Shown one piece after another: positions 15,169 to 28,949 of a stretch of 64,000 bases of DNA. The stretch comes from Octopus vulgaris (Eukaryota), in contig OX597833.1 of the NCBI GenBank assembly GCA_951406725.2, positions 25,916,001 to 25,980,000 on the forward strand, in the 5' to 3' direction. The notes under the pieces were generated by a model that was given only the letters and a program-made list of their open reading frames with translations, was not told the origin of the DNA and ran no database searches. Both the position numbers and the translations under genes were made by a program. Every line of letters starts with the position of its first letter. The first letter of the stretch is position 1.

Positions 15169-15295
15169 CAGTATTCCAGGCTTCTTTCAGTTTCCTCTAC
15201 CAAATCCACTCACTAGGCTTTGGTCGGCCTGGGTCTACAGTAGAAGACACTTTTCAAGATGCCACGCAGTGGGACTAAACCCAAAACCATGTGAA
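14875..15295 (-). mobile_element. SINE family A
   Basis: Reverse complement of family A, head truncated. Confidence 0.85.
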
Positions 15296-16404
15296 GAAAT
15301 TCAAACAAAATTTCTGTCAGTATTCCCCTAAACTTGATTTCAAAATATCATCAGAAAATGATATCTAAACACTTTCGAAATTTATATAATGAAATTTTAT
15401 AATTATATTTCAATTTCAGAAATATCTAAATTTTATATAACTATGATTATGATGAATATTTAAATTTTACGCAAATTTCTGTTAATTAAAATAAAAAGAG
15501 CTAAAATACTTCTTAAAATTTCTAAAATATTCCTACTCTGAACCTATCAATGTATTAGATATCATTGCGTATGATAGAAAATAAATTACAAATTATAAAT
15601 ATTGTTGTCTCCGCTAGAAAAAAATTAAAATGTCTTTAGAAATTGAGAAAATTAGAAGAAATATTGGCTTCTAAAATTCCTAAAATGATAAAAATATTTA
15701 AAATCATTCATGAATAATTCAGTAGTTTAATTTTGATAAGTTTTTTATTTATATATATATATATAAAATATTGTGATTGCTAAAATTTTATAAAAGTTGC
15801 AGGAAAACTTCTTCAAGATATCTTTAAAATATTCTAACTTCGAAACTTTTGTGCGTGTGAATCTCAATACATACATATATATATACATGTGTGTGTGTGT
15901 GTGTGTGGTGTGTATGTATATACATATATACATATATTTAAATGTATGTATATATATATATATATATATATAGATAGATAGATAGATAGATATGTACTAT
16001 ATGTACATATATATATTTATTTATATATATATATATGTATATATGTATGTGTGTGTGTGTACACAACTATATTTAGATATACGTTTGTATACGAATATAT
16101 ATATATTTAATTGTTCCACGTCCTGCGTTGCTGTGTTTTTTTTCTCATTTTTTCTGTGTTTTCTTGTTTGGATTAACTATATATATATATATGTATATAC
16201 ATATACATATATATACACACACGTGTGTTTGTATGCGTACCTCTGTGTATGAGTGTGGGTGGGTGAGCGTGTATGTGTGTGTGTGTGTGTGTGTATGAAC
16301 ACACACATGATGTACCCATCTGCACAGGATTCATACATATATCTAACAATAGCAAAGAAAGTGTTCTTGAAATTGTCACCATCTTACCACTATCTAATTG
16401 TAAT

Positions 16405-16600
16405 CTCTCATGAAATTATATAAATGGTCAACGCTGAAAAACGCCAAACCTTATGACAGAATTTCACGGGTGTGCAACTGTTGCCTTGAAGAAACGCTGG
16501 AAACTGTGATATATAAGAGGAACGTGTAATAAATAGACATTCGGATGTGGTATTAGCTTATCGGCAGAGAATCAAGAAACCATTCATAGAGCTTGAAAAT
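16405..16600 (+). mobile_element. Penelope-like element 3' fragment (GIY-YIG C-terminus)
   Basis: KWSTLKNAKPYDRISRVCNCCLEE...NRHSDVV resembles the PLE C-terminal motif KWSILxxAxPY...CNLCLxEK...NKRSEL. Confidence 0.65.
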
Positions 16601-17489
16601 AACATTACGAAACACACATTAAATAATCTTCTATAGCACCTGAACCTGATGCTGGAAGGACTGTTGGAACTTGTGGAAACAATAATGATCCTAAACATGA
16701 AAAAATATAAACAATATTTATCATAAGCAGGTCAGGGCAGAGATGATAATATTTACGACAAATATCTTAGCAACAAATATATAGTGTAAATACAATGCAT
16801 CATAGCAATGAAATATACATGATCAAAAAGGGCCGATGAGTAATAAATTGGTGAAAATTCATTTTTGATGCCTACTATTCATTAGATAGTTTAATAGAAC
16901 TGTGAGTACTATCACCTTGCCACTTTAAGAAGAAGAGATTGGCAACACAGCAGGAGCCAAATAAATCACCTGCTAACGCTAAACCCATTGAATAAAAGAA
17001 TTCAGATGACTCCAATTTAATAACAAGAAGCAGATAATAAAAAACACAAACCTTGACTTACTATTTTATTTATGACGTTAGAGAAATACGGGAGTGGAGT
17101 GGGGTTCTATTTCTATGTCAACTAAATGTCTCGTTCTTATTATACTATATCCTTTTGTCATTTCTTTTCTCTCTTACCCGCGTTCTCCAGTTATTTTATT
17201 CTTTTAGATTTCCTGTTTTCCACTGCACACACTTGACTGAATACAACTCACAATTTTATCTCCCCACTTTCTTCGCTTCTTCTTTTTTCCATTCTCGTTC
17301 CCGCTTTCCATGTCCACCTGCATTGATATGGAAGCAACAACACATCTATCTAGTGGTTTTGTAAGCATTCACAAGCACTGCCCTTTAAACCTACAAGACT
17401 TTTTGATTAGAGTAGAATGAAATCTAAACGAGGAATCCCGAGGTAAAGTAATACAAAATGTGCTCCCATAGAGTCCATGGGTATTGTTT

Positions 17490-17995
<506 letters not shown>

Positions 17996-18084
17996 CATTA
18001 TGAATAATATTTAACAATATCCTACGGATATAGTGTGGTGATTCCATAAAAATACATGTAATGCCGAAATATATGTAGCAATGC

Positions 18085-18415
18085 ATATTATGGCAATAGG
18101 TTTCTGCAGTAATGGTTTTTCCGGGTTTTAAGAAGTTATAGTGAATGAGTCCAGTAGTACACCAACGAACAATCACTATAACCTTCTTTTTGAAGAGCTA
18201 AGTTTTAGGGAAGGTTTTCGGTGCTTCATTTTCGTCCAACTACTGCAAAGACCGATTTTTTTTTATTATTGTACATAATTCACTTTTCATTGCAAGTTAC
18301 AACACGGTGGAGAAATGGATCGATCTGGTTACCGAAAAAAGATGGGTAAATTTCGTATCTGCACATTTTCTGATTTTCAGTGAAATCGTGTGGTACCCAT
18401 TTGTCGAGCTTTTTA
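18085..18415 (-). mobile_element. Mariner transposase fragment
   Basis: KLDKWVPHD, VTCNEK, KKVIVIVRWCTTGLIHYNFLKPGKTITAETYC. Confidence 0.85.
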
Positions 18416-19289
18416 TATATATATATATGTTATAATTTAGAACAGGTGGTAAAATGTACTTGGAGATTCAAATGTCGGTACGAAGAGCTACGATACATTC
18501 TCGTCGGCTATTAATTATCGTCGACATTATATATATATGTATATATATATATATATTTATATATATATAGAGAGAGAGAAATGGATGTGTGCATTCCGTC
18601 ATATAATAACAAATTAATAAATAAAACATATTCATATATACATACATATATGTACGTACCTACATCTACATGTATATATACATGAATATAGCGTATGTGT
18701 AACGTAAATTTAGAAAAAAAAAACATTGGTTTCATATCTTGCGTGAACTAGACATCTCTTCAATTTCTCTAAACAGTAACCGTTCTCTGCAAAGAATGCT
18801 TGTTTTAAAACACAAGAACGTCGGTGATAGTTCAAGAAATAGCCCCCTTTAAAAATATGGCCAGGCGAGTTGTTTTCCTTCGCTTGATAGCTAGGTTTTC
18901 CAGTTTTGAAGTAAAGATTTCCGAAAATGCGGACAACTCCCCAAGGGTTCCGTCCTGGAGTTAAGATAGCTTCTTGATTCATGTGAGTTCAGAAGAATTA
19001 TATATCTTTCTGCCAAACGCAATTTGCACATATATATATAAGAGAGGGAGAGAGATAATACGCACGTGTACTTATATATATATATATATATATATCCACA
19101 TACACATACATACATATATACATACGTACGTGTGAATGTATGTATGTATGTATATATGTATGTATATATGAATGTATGTATTTATGCATGTATGCTTGCG
19201 TATGTAATTACACTCCTTAGCACTTACCCAGTAATGTTTACTGTAAGACTAACCTCCGTTAATCTGTAACTTGCCACGATCTTGTTGCT

Positions 19290-20160
19290 GTCAGCCACTG
19301 GTTGAATGCCGCAGCACGTCGTTGAGTTGGAGGATTCAGCCTCATTCTTGACACTAGGCCGTTAATTGTTGATAACATCTCATCATCAACTTGTGGTTTT
19401 ATGCATTTCCCTTTTCCTCGCTAACGGTTACAATTCTGTGGCGACTGTAGCTCTGCTCACATCCCCCATCCATGTCATTTCCTTTTTCCGTTCCCTTTTT
19501 TATTTTTTTTTTTGTCTTTGTATGTTATGTGAGACATTGCTGTTTGTGTTTGGCGCTGACATACAGCCAATTTTCTGCAGCTAAAACCTACTGTTAGTAT
19601 TCTGTATTGGTTCATAACTTTTCTTTTGTGGTAGATTAGCAACTTTATCTTATAGATCCCTGTGATTATTGAAAGAAACAGAGACTAATTATTAACCAAA
19701 CGTGTATTTATTTCTTTTTGTAATTTTCTTCTCGCACCAATACTTTCTTCTCGTATTCATAGTTTTGTACTTCTTGCTCGTTCTCCTCCGCTGTAATGGC
19801 AATTGGCTTAATCTTATAACTTATGGTGGCTTTTGTTTTCCTCTTAATTATTTTCACTCTTCAGGTCTTCCTTGCAGCAGAGAAACCTCTCAGCATTTCC
19901 TCTGTCTTCTTCAGACCGTTATCAGTATGATATAATCAGTGAAACTGAGATGATGGAGGTTGTTTCTACTGATATTATTCTTCGCATCTCCTAATAAAGC
20001 ATTCTGAAGATGTTTTCCAGGCATGTTGTGAAAAGTTTATCATGTAATACAGTCTCATGATAGTTACTCACTTAATACACAGCACGTTTTTCTCCCAAAA
20101 CCATTCCCGATTAAAATTTCTTTCCAGAAAATTCGTGACCATTAATTTAGCCTTTAGGTT
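19290..20160 (-). mobile_element. Decayed RTE-clade LINE RT fragment
   Basis: KLFTTCLENIFR and LHHLSFTDYIIL (cf. LRFADDIVL), with many stops. Confidence 0.7.
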
Positions 20161-20467
20161 AGATTCATTGTCTATCGTGCTATAAAGCAGATAATGAAAT
20201 AGAATAAAGACAAAAATAAATAATAAAGTCGACAAAAAGCCACAGGAAATAAAACATCAAAAAAGAAAGGTGTTTTAGAAGAAACTATCTTTTGAGACTT
20301 TATTTAACTCTACACACGCGACTACTGATGTAACACATTACACAACGATACAGGCAATCATTTTTCTTACTTTTCTGACAACACATGACAATACTTGTCA
20401 TTGTTCTCTCTCTCTCTCTGTGTCATTCCTTCATCTTCCCTATATATTTGTCTATTATCTTTGCAAA

Positions 20468-20521
<54 letters not shown>

Positions 20522-20675
20522 ACACACACACACACACACATATGTATCTTAAAAAATCATTTCTGAGATAAGTGATAGGAAAAAAAAAGAACCAATCTCA
20601 ATAAAAAACATGTCACATGTGTGGTGTGATGTAGTGGTGTGTGTGTGTGTATGTGTGTGTGTGTATGTGTGTGTG

Positions 20676-20712
<37 letters not shown>

Positions 20713-20877
20713 CTGTGTGCGTGTGTGTGTGTGTGTGTGTGAATTTCCTTTAAGGTGCTTTGAAGCAACTTTTTCAGGAGTAAGCAACACGGAAAAATAT
20801 TCACACTGTATTTTAAAAAGAACCTCATAAAATAAATATTTGTATTTAAGTATACATATATTCATATATGTATACAT

Positions 20878-20931
<54 letters not shown>

Positions 20932-21827
20932 CGCATGCAACCATGTGTGTATATATCTCTTACTATCTATCTGTTGATCGCTCGATCAATCTATATATAT
21001 ATATATATATATAAAACTGAAATGCGTTTTTACCGCTTGGTTCGCTTTCAATGCCACTACATCCCGTCCGATTCGCTCCAAAATTTACAGGGACATGTAG
21101 AATGAGGTGACGATGCGCGTGGGCTACCTTAGAAATCCCTATCTTAAAAGGTGTGGTTGCTAGGGGCCATCTTCCTACCTCACCCTATTTCCTCCAGTAC
21201 TCTGTCACTCCTCTTCATTTGACAATGCAACTACCGTTATTTAATGTAAAGTCTTCCTCAAATCGCTCTGTAGCTATTTACTCTCTTCCAAGAACATTTT
21301 CACTCACTCTATCTCTTACCTTCCTATACATTTTACTCATGTATCTCTCAGCGTTCATGGACAGTAACAAATATTACTCGCCATCCCCATCGCCATCGCA
21401 TTCTATTGTCTACCTGTCAACACACACACACACACACACATATATATACATATATCTAATATTATATTTTTATTTTTGTTTTTGTTTTTGGTTTTTTACT
21501 GTTTCATTTCCCTATTAGTGGTTTTATCTCTAATTTAATTTCTACAGCGTGCACACACACACACACACACACACCTATATGTAGCCCCAGTACACCCGAA
21601 TGAAATCGGGTTCTCTTCATCAAAATGTGAAAAGGGGTCTACAATTATCATCGCCACAACTTATGTATGTCTTCCTCACTCACTCACTCTTTTTCCTAAT
21701 GATAATTATCATCGCCACCACCAACACCACCAACACAGAATCTGGGCAATCTTTCTCTTATAACAAATCATGTTTACATTGCAACGACGTCTGCCACCTC
21801 CGCCGTCTCTATTTATTCTGCAAATTA

Positions 21828-22228
21828 CCAGAACTCGGGAAACTTAGTTTAGTGTTCTATGGTCTATGACCAGAACTCGGGAAACTTGGTTGAGTGTTGT
21901 ATGGTCTATGACCAGAACTCGGGAAACTTGCTTGACTGTTCTATGGTCTATGACCAGAAATCGGGAAACTTGGTTGAGTGTTCTATGGTCCATGACCAGA
22001 ACTCGGGAAACTTGCTTGACTGTTCTATGGTCTATGACCAGAAATCGGGAAACTTGGTTGAGTGTTCTATGGTCTATGACCAGAACTCGGGAAACTTGGT
22101 TCAGTGTTCTATGGTCTATGACCAGAACTCGGGAAACTTGCTTGACTGTTCTATGGTCTATGACCAGAAATCGGGAAACTTGGTTGAGTGTTCTATGGTC
22201 CATGACCAGAACTTGGGAAACTTGGTTG
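21828..22228 (+). repeat. 42-bp minisatellite, ~9.5 copies
   Basis: Unit ccagaactcgggaaacttggttgagtgttctatggtctatga; open in several frames as 14-aa repeats. Confidence 0.97.
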
Positions 22229-22918
22229 TGTCCTCATCTTATAAAATGTGGCCCCAGTAGACCCAAATTAAATCGGGTTATATTCACCAAAAGGTGAAAA
22301 GGGGTATAAATGGGGCTGGAAGGGGATTAAAATTTAAAGGAGCGGATGTTTAGCAATTCTCTGTTACATCAAGCTAAAAAATTTGCTCCAGCCTTTTAAT
22401 CGTCAATATGTTGCCGTCCATGATGAAGAAGTTTTGAATGCTTTCCATCGTGAGTCTACTGTCGTGAGAAAGAATCAAGTCAAAACTTGGTTTTTAGGGA
22501 TTATCTTTTACATCAAGTTCAAACTTTTACGCCAGCCGTTGAACTGTCAATACGTTGCTGTCCGTCGTTAAGAAATGCCAGCCATGGTGACTCTACTATC
22601 CTCAAATTCTATCCCTTCAAACTTTGGTTTCCAATATTTTATTATTTTTATTCAGCTCGCAAGTTCGTCTGTCCCTTTTAAATGTTAGTGTTTTGCTGTC
22701 TGTCTTGAAGCAGACCTTTCCTTTGTAACTGCCTGATATTTATGATTGATCTTTCTAAATATTTTATTTCCCAACTTACTCAAGATCTTTTGTTGTTTAT
22801 AAATGGGAGAGAGATACATAAAGATAGAGAGTAAGAGAAAGCGAGGGAGAGTCCGAGAGAAAGGAAGAGTAAGAGAGTGGGAAAGTGAGAGAGAAAGGAG
22901 AAAGAAACAAAGAGGGAG

Positions 22919-23238
22919 AATCATCATCATCATCATCATCATCATCGTTTAACGTCCGTTTTCCGTGCTAGCACGGGTTGGACAGTTTGACAGGGGTCTG
23001 GGAAGCCAGGAGGCTGCACCAGGCTCCAGTCTGATCTGGCAGTGTTTCGACAGGTGGATGCCCTTCCTAACGCCAACCACTCTGTGAGCGTAGTGGGTGC
23101 TTTTTTCGTGCCGCCTGCACAGGTGCCAGGGGGACTGGCAGCGGCCACGATCGGTTGGTGCTTTTTACGTGCCACCAGCACAGAAGCCAGTCAAGGCGGC
23201 GCTGCAATCCGCCACGTTCGGATGGTGCTTTTTACGTG
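22919..23238 (-). mobile_element. SINE 3' part with RTE-type tail ending in (TGA)n, nested in the Helitron
   Basis: Reverse strand has GGTTGGCGTTAGGAAGGGCATCC and ends GGACGTTAAACGATGATGATG; three internal ggtgcttttt[a/t]cgtgc subrepeats. Confidence 0.75.
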
Positions 23239-23859
23239 CTGAAAGGAAGCAACAGAAAGTAACAACCACACTCTTACCCGCGCGTAGAGCGGGTCACCTT
23301 CAGCTAGTATACATATATAGCCATATGTATATTTATATATACGTAGATATACTCTCGCATGGGATTATGTATGCATTCATATATTAATGGCTAGTTAGAA
23401 AAGTTGAAATTTTTGTCATCTGTCACTCAGATTGTAGCTCTATCCTGACATTAAACATAGAACGTTCAAAACAGTTCTTCAACACTAGACTACTCATAAT
23501 TCATAATAGAAATGAAACCTGGAACGCCAAAGACAAAATAACAAATGTTGCTTGTAATGCAACATAAGATAATGGATATTTCCAATATTCGCTGACAAAG
23601 CAGAAATATGAAAACGTATCCTATGCTGAGGTTATTTAAGGTCACAAAGCACCTTTAAAACTTCATGATACTCACAAGATCACCTTTCCTGTGTAAGTAT
23701 AAAGATACTTTGTGTTTAATCAATACAAACGTTAGATATTTACTCGACAACGGATTCTGGCAGCGCCAAGACGCCTACCTGGTTCAGGAAGCCGTTAGTA
23801 AATTCCTTTAGTTGCAAGGGATCAAACCAGATCCTGATAAACGCACATTTTACCTGATA

Positions 23860-24255
23860 CCCGTTTCAGTCATTGAACTCCGACCACGCTGGCACAGAGC
23901 TGATTGAGTCGATTCCAGTACTTGCCTTTTTTAAAGCCCGCTACTGAGTCTATCGGTCCCTCTTACCGAACCACTAGAACATAAGCATAACAACACGGTT
24001 TGTTAAGCCATTTTGGGGCACAAACAGAGAAACACGCGGTCGGGCACGCATACACTCATACACACACATACATACATACAAATATATATGTATGATGGGT
24101 CTCTTTCAGTCCCGTTGATGAAATATACTTCTAAGTTTTTGGTCGGCTCGAAATTATCGCAGAAGATACATGCCCGAGGTATCAGGTGCTGGAACTGAAT
24201 CCGAGACCCTGTTGCTGGGAAGCAAGCTTTTTACCACACAGAGCCAGGCCTGCGC
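23860..24255 (-). mobile_element. SINE family A, diverged
   Basis: Diverged reverse complement; another head fragment at ~24495-24640. Confidence 0.7.
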
Positions 24256-24280
24256 CTATATATATATATGTATGTATGTG

Positions 24281-24369
<89 letters not shown>

Positions 24370-24859
24370 TATATATTATATACATATATATATATACATA
24401 TATATATATATGCATGCATACACACTCACACACATAAATATATATACACACATGAACGTGCATAGCTCAGTGCTTATGTATATATAAGATACACGACACG
24501 CCTCTCTTAATTTCCGTCAAACTAATTTACTCCAGCTCGAAGTTATAATAGAAGATCTTTACTTGAAGTGCAACGAAGTGGGATTCGACAGGAACTATGT
24601 GGATGAGAAGCTAAGTTCTTACTACACAGTCGTGCCTGCGCTTAGGAAAGTAATATGTTGCATCGAGATATACTTGTTTATTTCCGTCCAAATTTCATCA
24701 TCTGAGGATTGAACGGATAAACTACTTTTAAGATATTTGTAATAATCAAGAACGTTGAAATGCAAATGGATCTGACGAAGTGGAATTTACAATAACAAAA
24801 AATACTACCCTTGTTTTGTGGATTTGAGTGTCATTAACGGAAATTTGACTTTCGTGCAT

Positions 24860-26660
24860 TAGAATCAATTTTGTGATATCTGTCATGGACCCCCGCCCAA
24901 ACCCGGTCAATTTGTGGAGCGAATATCTCCAGAAAGTATAGGCTGTCCTACTTCCTCTCACAGTTATTACGACCGCTCATAGAAATGTCCCCAGATGTCT
25001 GTGAGCACTGAAGACCTCCTCAGAAAAATCAGTACTTGCAACCACTGCGACGACCTCACATGTTGTGTAGTAGGTAGTATGGATGTAATTTCACTCCACC
25101 CATCTATAGACATAGATTTTGCTTTGGAGAAATGCAATGAGACAATCTGTGAGAGTGAAATAGAGTTCCGTGAAGATAACACGAGTGAACTGGGCTTCCT
25201 CCTTAGACTAAGCTACGACAGTGACTATTTAGACGACCATGATCTCAGTAGATTCTGCCCCACCAGGTCACAGAGAGGAAGACCACCCACCATCACCTGA
25301 GTAGTGAAGAAAAGCACCGCAGAATGCTGGAGTAGCTAGACCGTACCCACCCAAGACCCTGAGAACAGCAATCAGGTGAAAGAAATGTTTGAAGATGCAA
25401 TAGGGGCTAGCATAAGAACCACCTTGCAGAACCACAGTAAAGTTTGATAAGAAACTATACATGCAGAATCAAGGTGCAGCCCCTGGTATCGGTGCAAGTG
25501 AAGATGTGGGCGTCCTCTTCATTACGTGGTGGGACAGAAAACTTAAGTAATCCTTAGCAGAACAGGACTCATTAACTTTACAGTAGGTATGTAGACGATA
25601 TTAATATCCTAGTTAAGACCAACTATACTAACGGTAATGTAGAAACTGAGAGGAACATAATGGTGAGCATCCAGCGCGTAGCTAACTCAATCCATTAAAG
25701 TATCAAGATAACTCTAGATTACCCCCTACGTACCCCAACAATAGACTCCCCGTCCTTAATACTGAACTCTGGTTAAATACTATGAACAACAGTGTGTAGC
25801 TCCTCCGCTCCTATTATATGAAACCCATAGCTTCGAAATATGCTGTTCAGAAGAACTCAGCTTTTTCACACAACATGAAAATTAAACTGATAGCAAATTT
25901 AGTTAGGATAATGAACAAAGTGACCCCACTATGCAAACTCTATAAAACTAAGAAACATGTGCAAAACTTCATGCACTGCATGCAATTCGCTGGATATGAT
26001 CGGAATAATAGGGTTCGAGTATACAGAGGCGTTAGAAAGAAGTTAGATAACATATGTAATGAAACCAGTGGTAACTGCCCTAGATTTAGAAGCAAAGACT
26101 GGAGTATAATACAAAGGGCTTGTGACAAAGAAAGCAGGGTGAACACGTAGTATAAAACTGACAAATATGGAGGGTGATGTTTGTAGAGGCCACAATCCAT
26201 GGAGAACTAACCCGCAAATTCAGGAAAGCTCTGAAGGAGACCAAACTCAACATCAAGATTGTTGAAAAGCCAAGAAACTCCATCAGATCATAACTATGTA
26301 GGACGTACCCATTTGAGAATACCATATACTTCAATGATAACTGCATGGTATGTAGGATTAGCCCTGGTATAAAATGTAGAACTTGAAATGTAGTCTACAG
26401 CATAAGATGCATAGAAGATGACTTGTAAAGACATGAACATGATATACAAAAGGGAGTCATCTAGTAGCATTGCAGAAAGACTAAATGAATATGAGACAGT
26501 ATGACGGCAAAAAACAGTCCTCCAACATGTCAAGGACCAAAATGGAGGCTACCTGGGTCAACTCGACATCTGCATTTTATCAAAAAACCGAAAGGACCCA
26601 ACGCTCAGACAAATACAGTAGTACGCCCTGATAAATGAAACATCCCCAATACTAAATATG
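24860..26660 (+). mobile_element. Decayed Penelope-like retroelement (RT, Cys-rich linker, GIY-YIG), Neptune-like
   Basis: LSYFLSQLLRPL, GSMDVISLHPSID, QNQGAAPG, RYVDDINIL, YYMKPIAS, MQFAGYD, VMFVEAT, CMVC...CRT*NVVYSIRC, ERLNEY, ALINETSPILN. The clade assignment is recalled, not computed. Confidence 0.9.
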
Positions 26661-27390
26661 ATATATACTTAGGAGGTAATCATACCCCCATACCCACGGT
26701 TTATATTTATATACAGGTAGAATAGTTAGTGGGCTGTTGTGTAGATATTTATCTGTAGGTGTGTGTGTGTATATATATGTATAGATATATGCACATGTAT
26801 GTAAGCAAATAGATAGGAAAGTAAACAGATAGACATACAGACGGATAAGTACATAGGTAATATATACAGACAATCACACATATACACGCATACGCAAATG
26901 AAGACTGAAGCACATGACCATACACACACACACATTCACTTCACACAAGGACATATATAGAGACATATACCCACACGTATAGAGATACACATCCATACAT
27001 GCAGACACAGTACATAGTCAACCCCCCCATACACACAGACACACTCAGACATGCACACACAAAGAGATGGAGGTACGCACACACACACATACATAGAAAA
27101 CACACAAACATGAACACACAAACACATGAATATGCAATATACATAGACAAAACATACTCAGATGCATACATATATACATACGCACACACATACATACACA
27201 TGTGGATATATATATATATATATATATATATGGATATATATACATGTGGATATATATATGGTTATATATATGCGTATCTACCTATCTATCTGTCTATCTA
27301 TCTATCTATATATATATATATGTGACCGCGTGTGTACCGTTGGCGATTTTTTCCTCCGTCTACCCTTCCTTGGATCTTTCCTTTTCCTAT

Positions 27391-27425
27391 GTTTCTGACG
27401 AAGAGCTCCGCTCGAAATGTTAAAT
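27391..27425 (+). ncRNA. Minimal hammerhead motif, same family as 59274
   Basis: GUUU-CUGACGA-a-GAGC-ucc-GCUC-GAAAU-GUU/AAAU. Confidence 0.7.
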
Positions 27426-27525
27426 CCTCCTTCTTTCTTCCCTTTCCTGGGCGTCCAACACTATACTTGTTCCACGTCCTCGCGTTGTGTTTTCATGTTT
27501 GGATTAACTTTATATACATATATAC

Positions 27526-27593
<68 letters not shown>

Positions 27594-27626
27594 TATATAC
27601 ATATATACATATTTACATATATATAT

Positions 27627-27673
<47 letters not shown>

Positions 27674-27838
27674 GGCGCAGGAGTGGCTGTGTGGTAAGTA
27701 GCTTGCTAACCAACGACATGGTTCCGGGTTCAGTCCCACTGCGTGGCATCTTGGGCAAGTGTCTTCTGCTATAGCCCCGGGCCGACCAATGCCTTGTGAG
27801 TGGATTTGGTAGACGGAAACTGAAAGAAGCCTGTCGTA

Positions 27839-27908
<70 letters not shown>

Positions 27909-28104
27909 ATTGTACCCCTAGCATTGCTTGACAACCGATGCTGGTGTGTTTACGTCCCTTTCACTTAGCAGTTCGGCATAAAAGACCGGTAGAATAAGTA
28001 CTAGACTTAGACTAGAATAAGTCCCGGGTCGATTTGCTCGACTAAAGGCGGTGCTCCAGCATGGCCGCAGTCAAATGACTGAAACATGTAAAAGAGTAAA
28101 AGAG
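27674..28104 (+). mobile_element. Full-length tRNA-derived SINE family A (octopus-type, CORE-like) with internal (TA)n(TG)n
   Basis: Head GGCGCAGGAGTGGCTGTGTGGTAAG...GGTTCAGTCCC (A/B-box-like), CTTGGGCAAGT, tail (GTAAAAGA)n. Confidence 0.9.
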
Positions 28105-28142
28105 TATATATACACACACACACACACACACACAGACACACA

Positions 28143-28230
<88 letters not shown>

Positions 28231-28239
28231 CATATATAT

Positions 28240-28318
28240 TGTAGCTTCAGGCCGACCACAGCCTTGTGAGTGGATTTCGTCCACAGAAACAGAAATAAGA
28301 CTGTTGTATATATGTGTA

Positions 28319-28396
<78 letters not shown>

Positions 28397-28575
28397 TAAA
28401 CCCACCATGGCTTAACAGCTGATGTTGCTCTGCTTAAGTTCCCACAAATTAGCGGTTCGGTAAAAGACACTGATACAATAAGTTAAGTACTAGGCTTACA
28501 AAGAATAAATCCTGTGGTCCTTTTATTCGCCCAATGACGGTGCCCTAGCAAGATCACAGTCACGTGACTGGACAT
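28240..28575 (+). mobile_element. SINE family A, diverged and 5'-truncated
   Basis: gccttgtgagtggatt...aagtactaggcttacaaagaataa. Confidence 0.75.
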
Positions 28576-28949
28576 TGTTTATGTATATGCGTGCGTGTAT
28601 GTTTGTACATATACTTGTATACGTGTATGTGAGTCATCGTGTAGTTCTGTATGTGTGAGCGATGTTTATATATCTACATGTCGACATATGTTTATATATA
28701 TAAGTATAAATAAATATGTTGGCCTGCTCGCTTAGCCAGCGGGGTGGCGTCATTCGAAGGTTAAAACAATGTGAACGCAGTGTGACCATTGATGAGTAGC
28801 AACATCTGATGGTTTGGTCGGTCACGTGATGAAGTAATATAGTAATATACATGTATGTATGTCTGTGTATGTGCGTGTGCGTGTGTGCATGTGTGTGTCT
28901 CAAGCGTTAGTACGTATATGTGAATGAACATGCATGTGTTCGTATAGGC

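Larger units (their letters stand above)
20990..23307 (+). mobile_element. Non-autonomous Helitron, ~2.3 kb
   Basis: 5' A|TCTATATA...TAAAACTGAAATG; 3' hairpin ACCCGC-gcgtaga-GCGGGT (23276-23294) followed by CTAG|T (23304-23307); A/T target and no TSD. Pairing of the two ends as one element is inferred. Confidence 0.7.

Noticed and set aside
18480-18515. Truncated hammerhead-like motif on the minus strand
   Set aside because: Lacks GAAAC and stem II.
21828-22228. CRISPR-like array or repeat protein gene
   Set aside because: Units are contiguous with no unique spacers, there are no cas genes and the context is eukaryotic; the open frames result from a 42-bp unit without stops.
26381-26386. 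In-frame TGA in the PLE linker as possible selenocysteine
   Set aside because: It falls at a non-Cys position (likely CGA to TGA decay) in an element with many other stops.
27674-27750. tRNA gene
   Set aside because: It is the tRNA-derived head of a multi-copy SINE; no complete cloverleaf.
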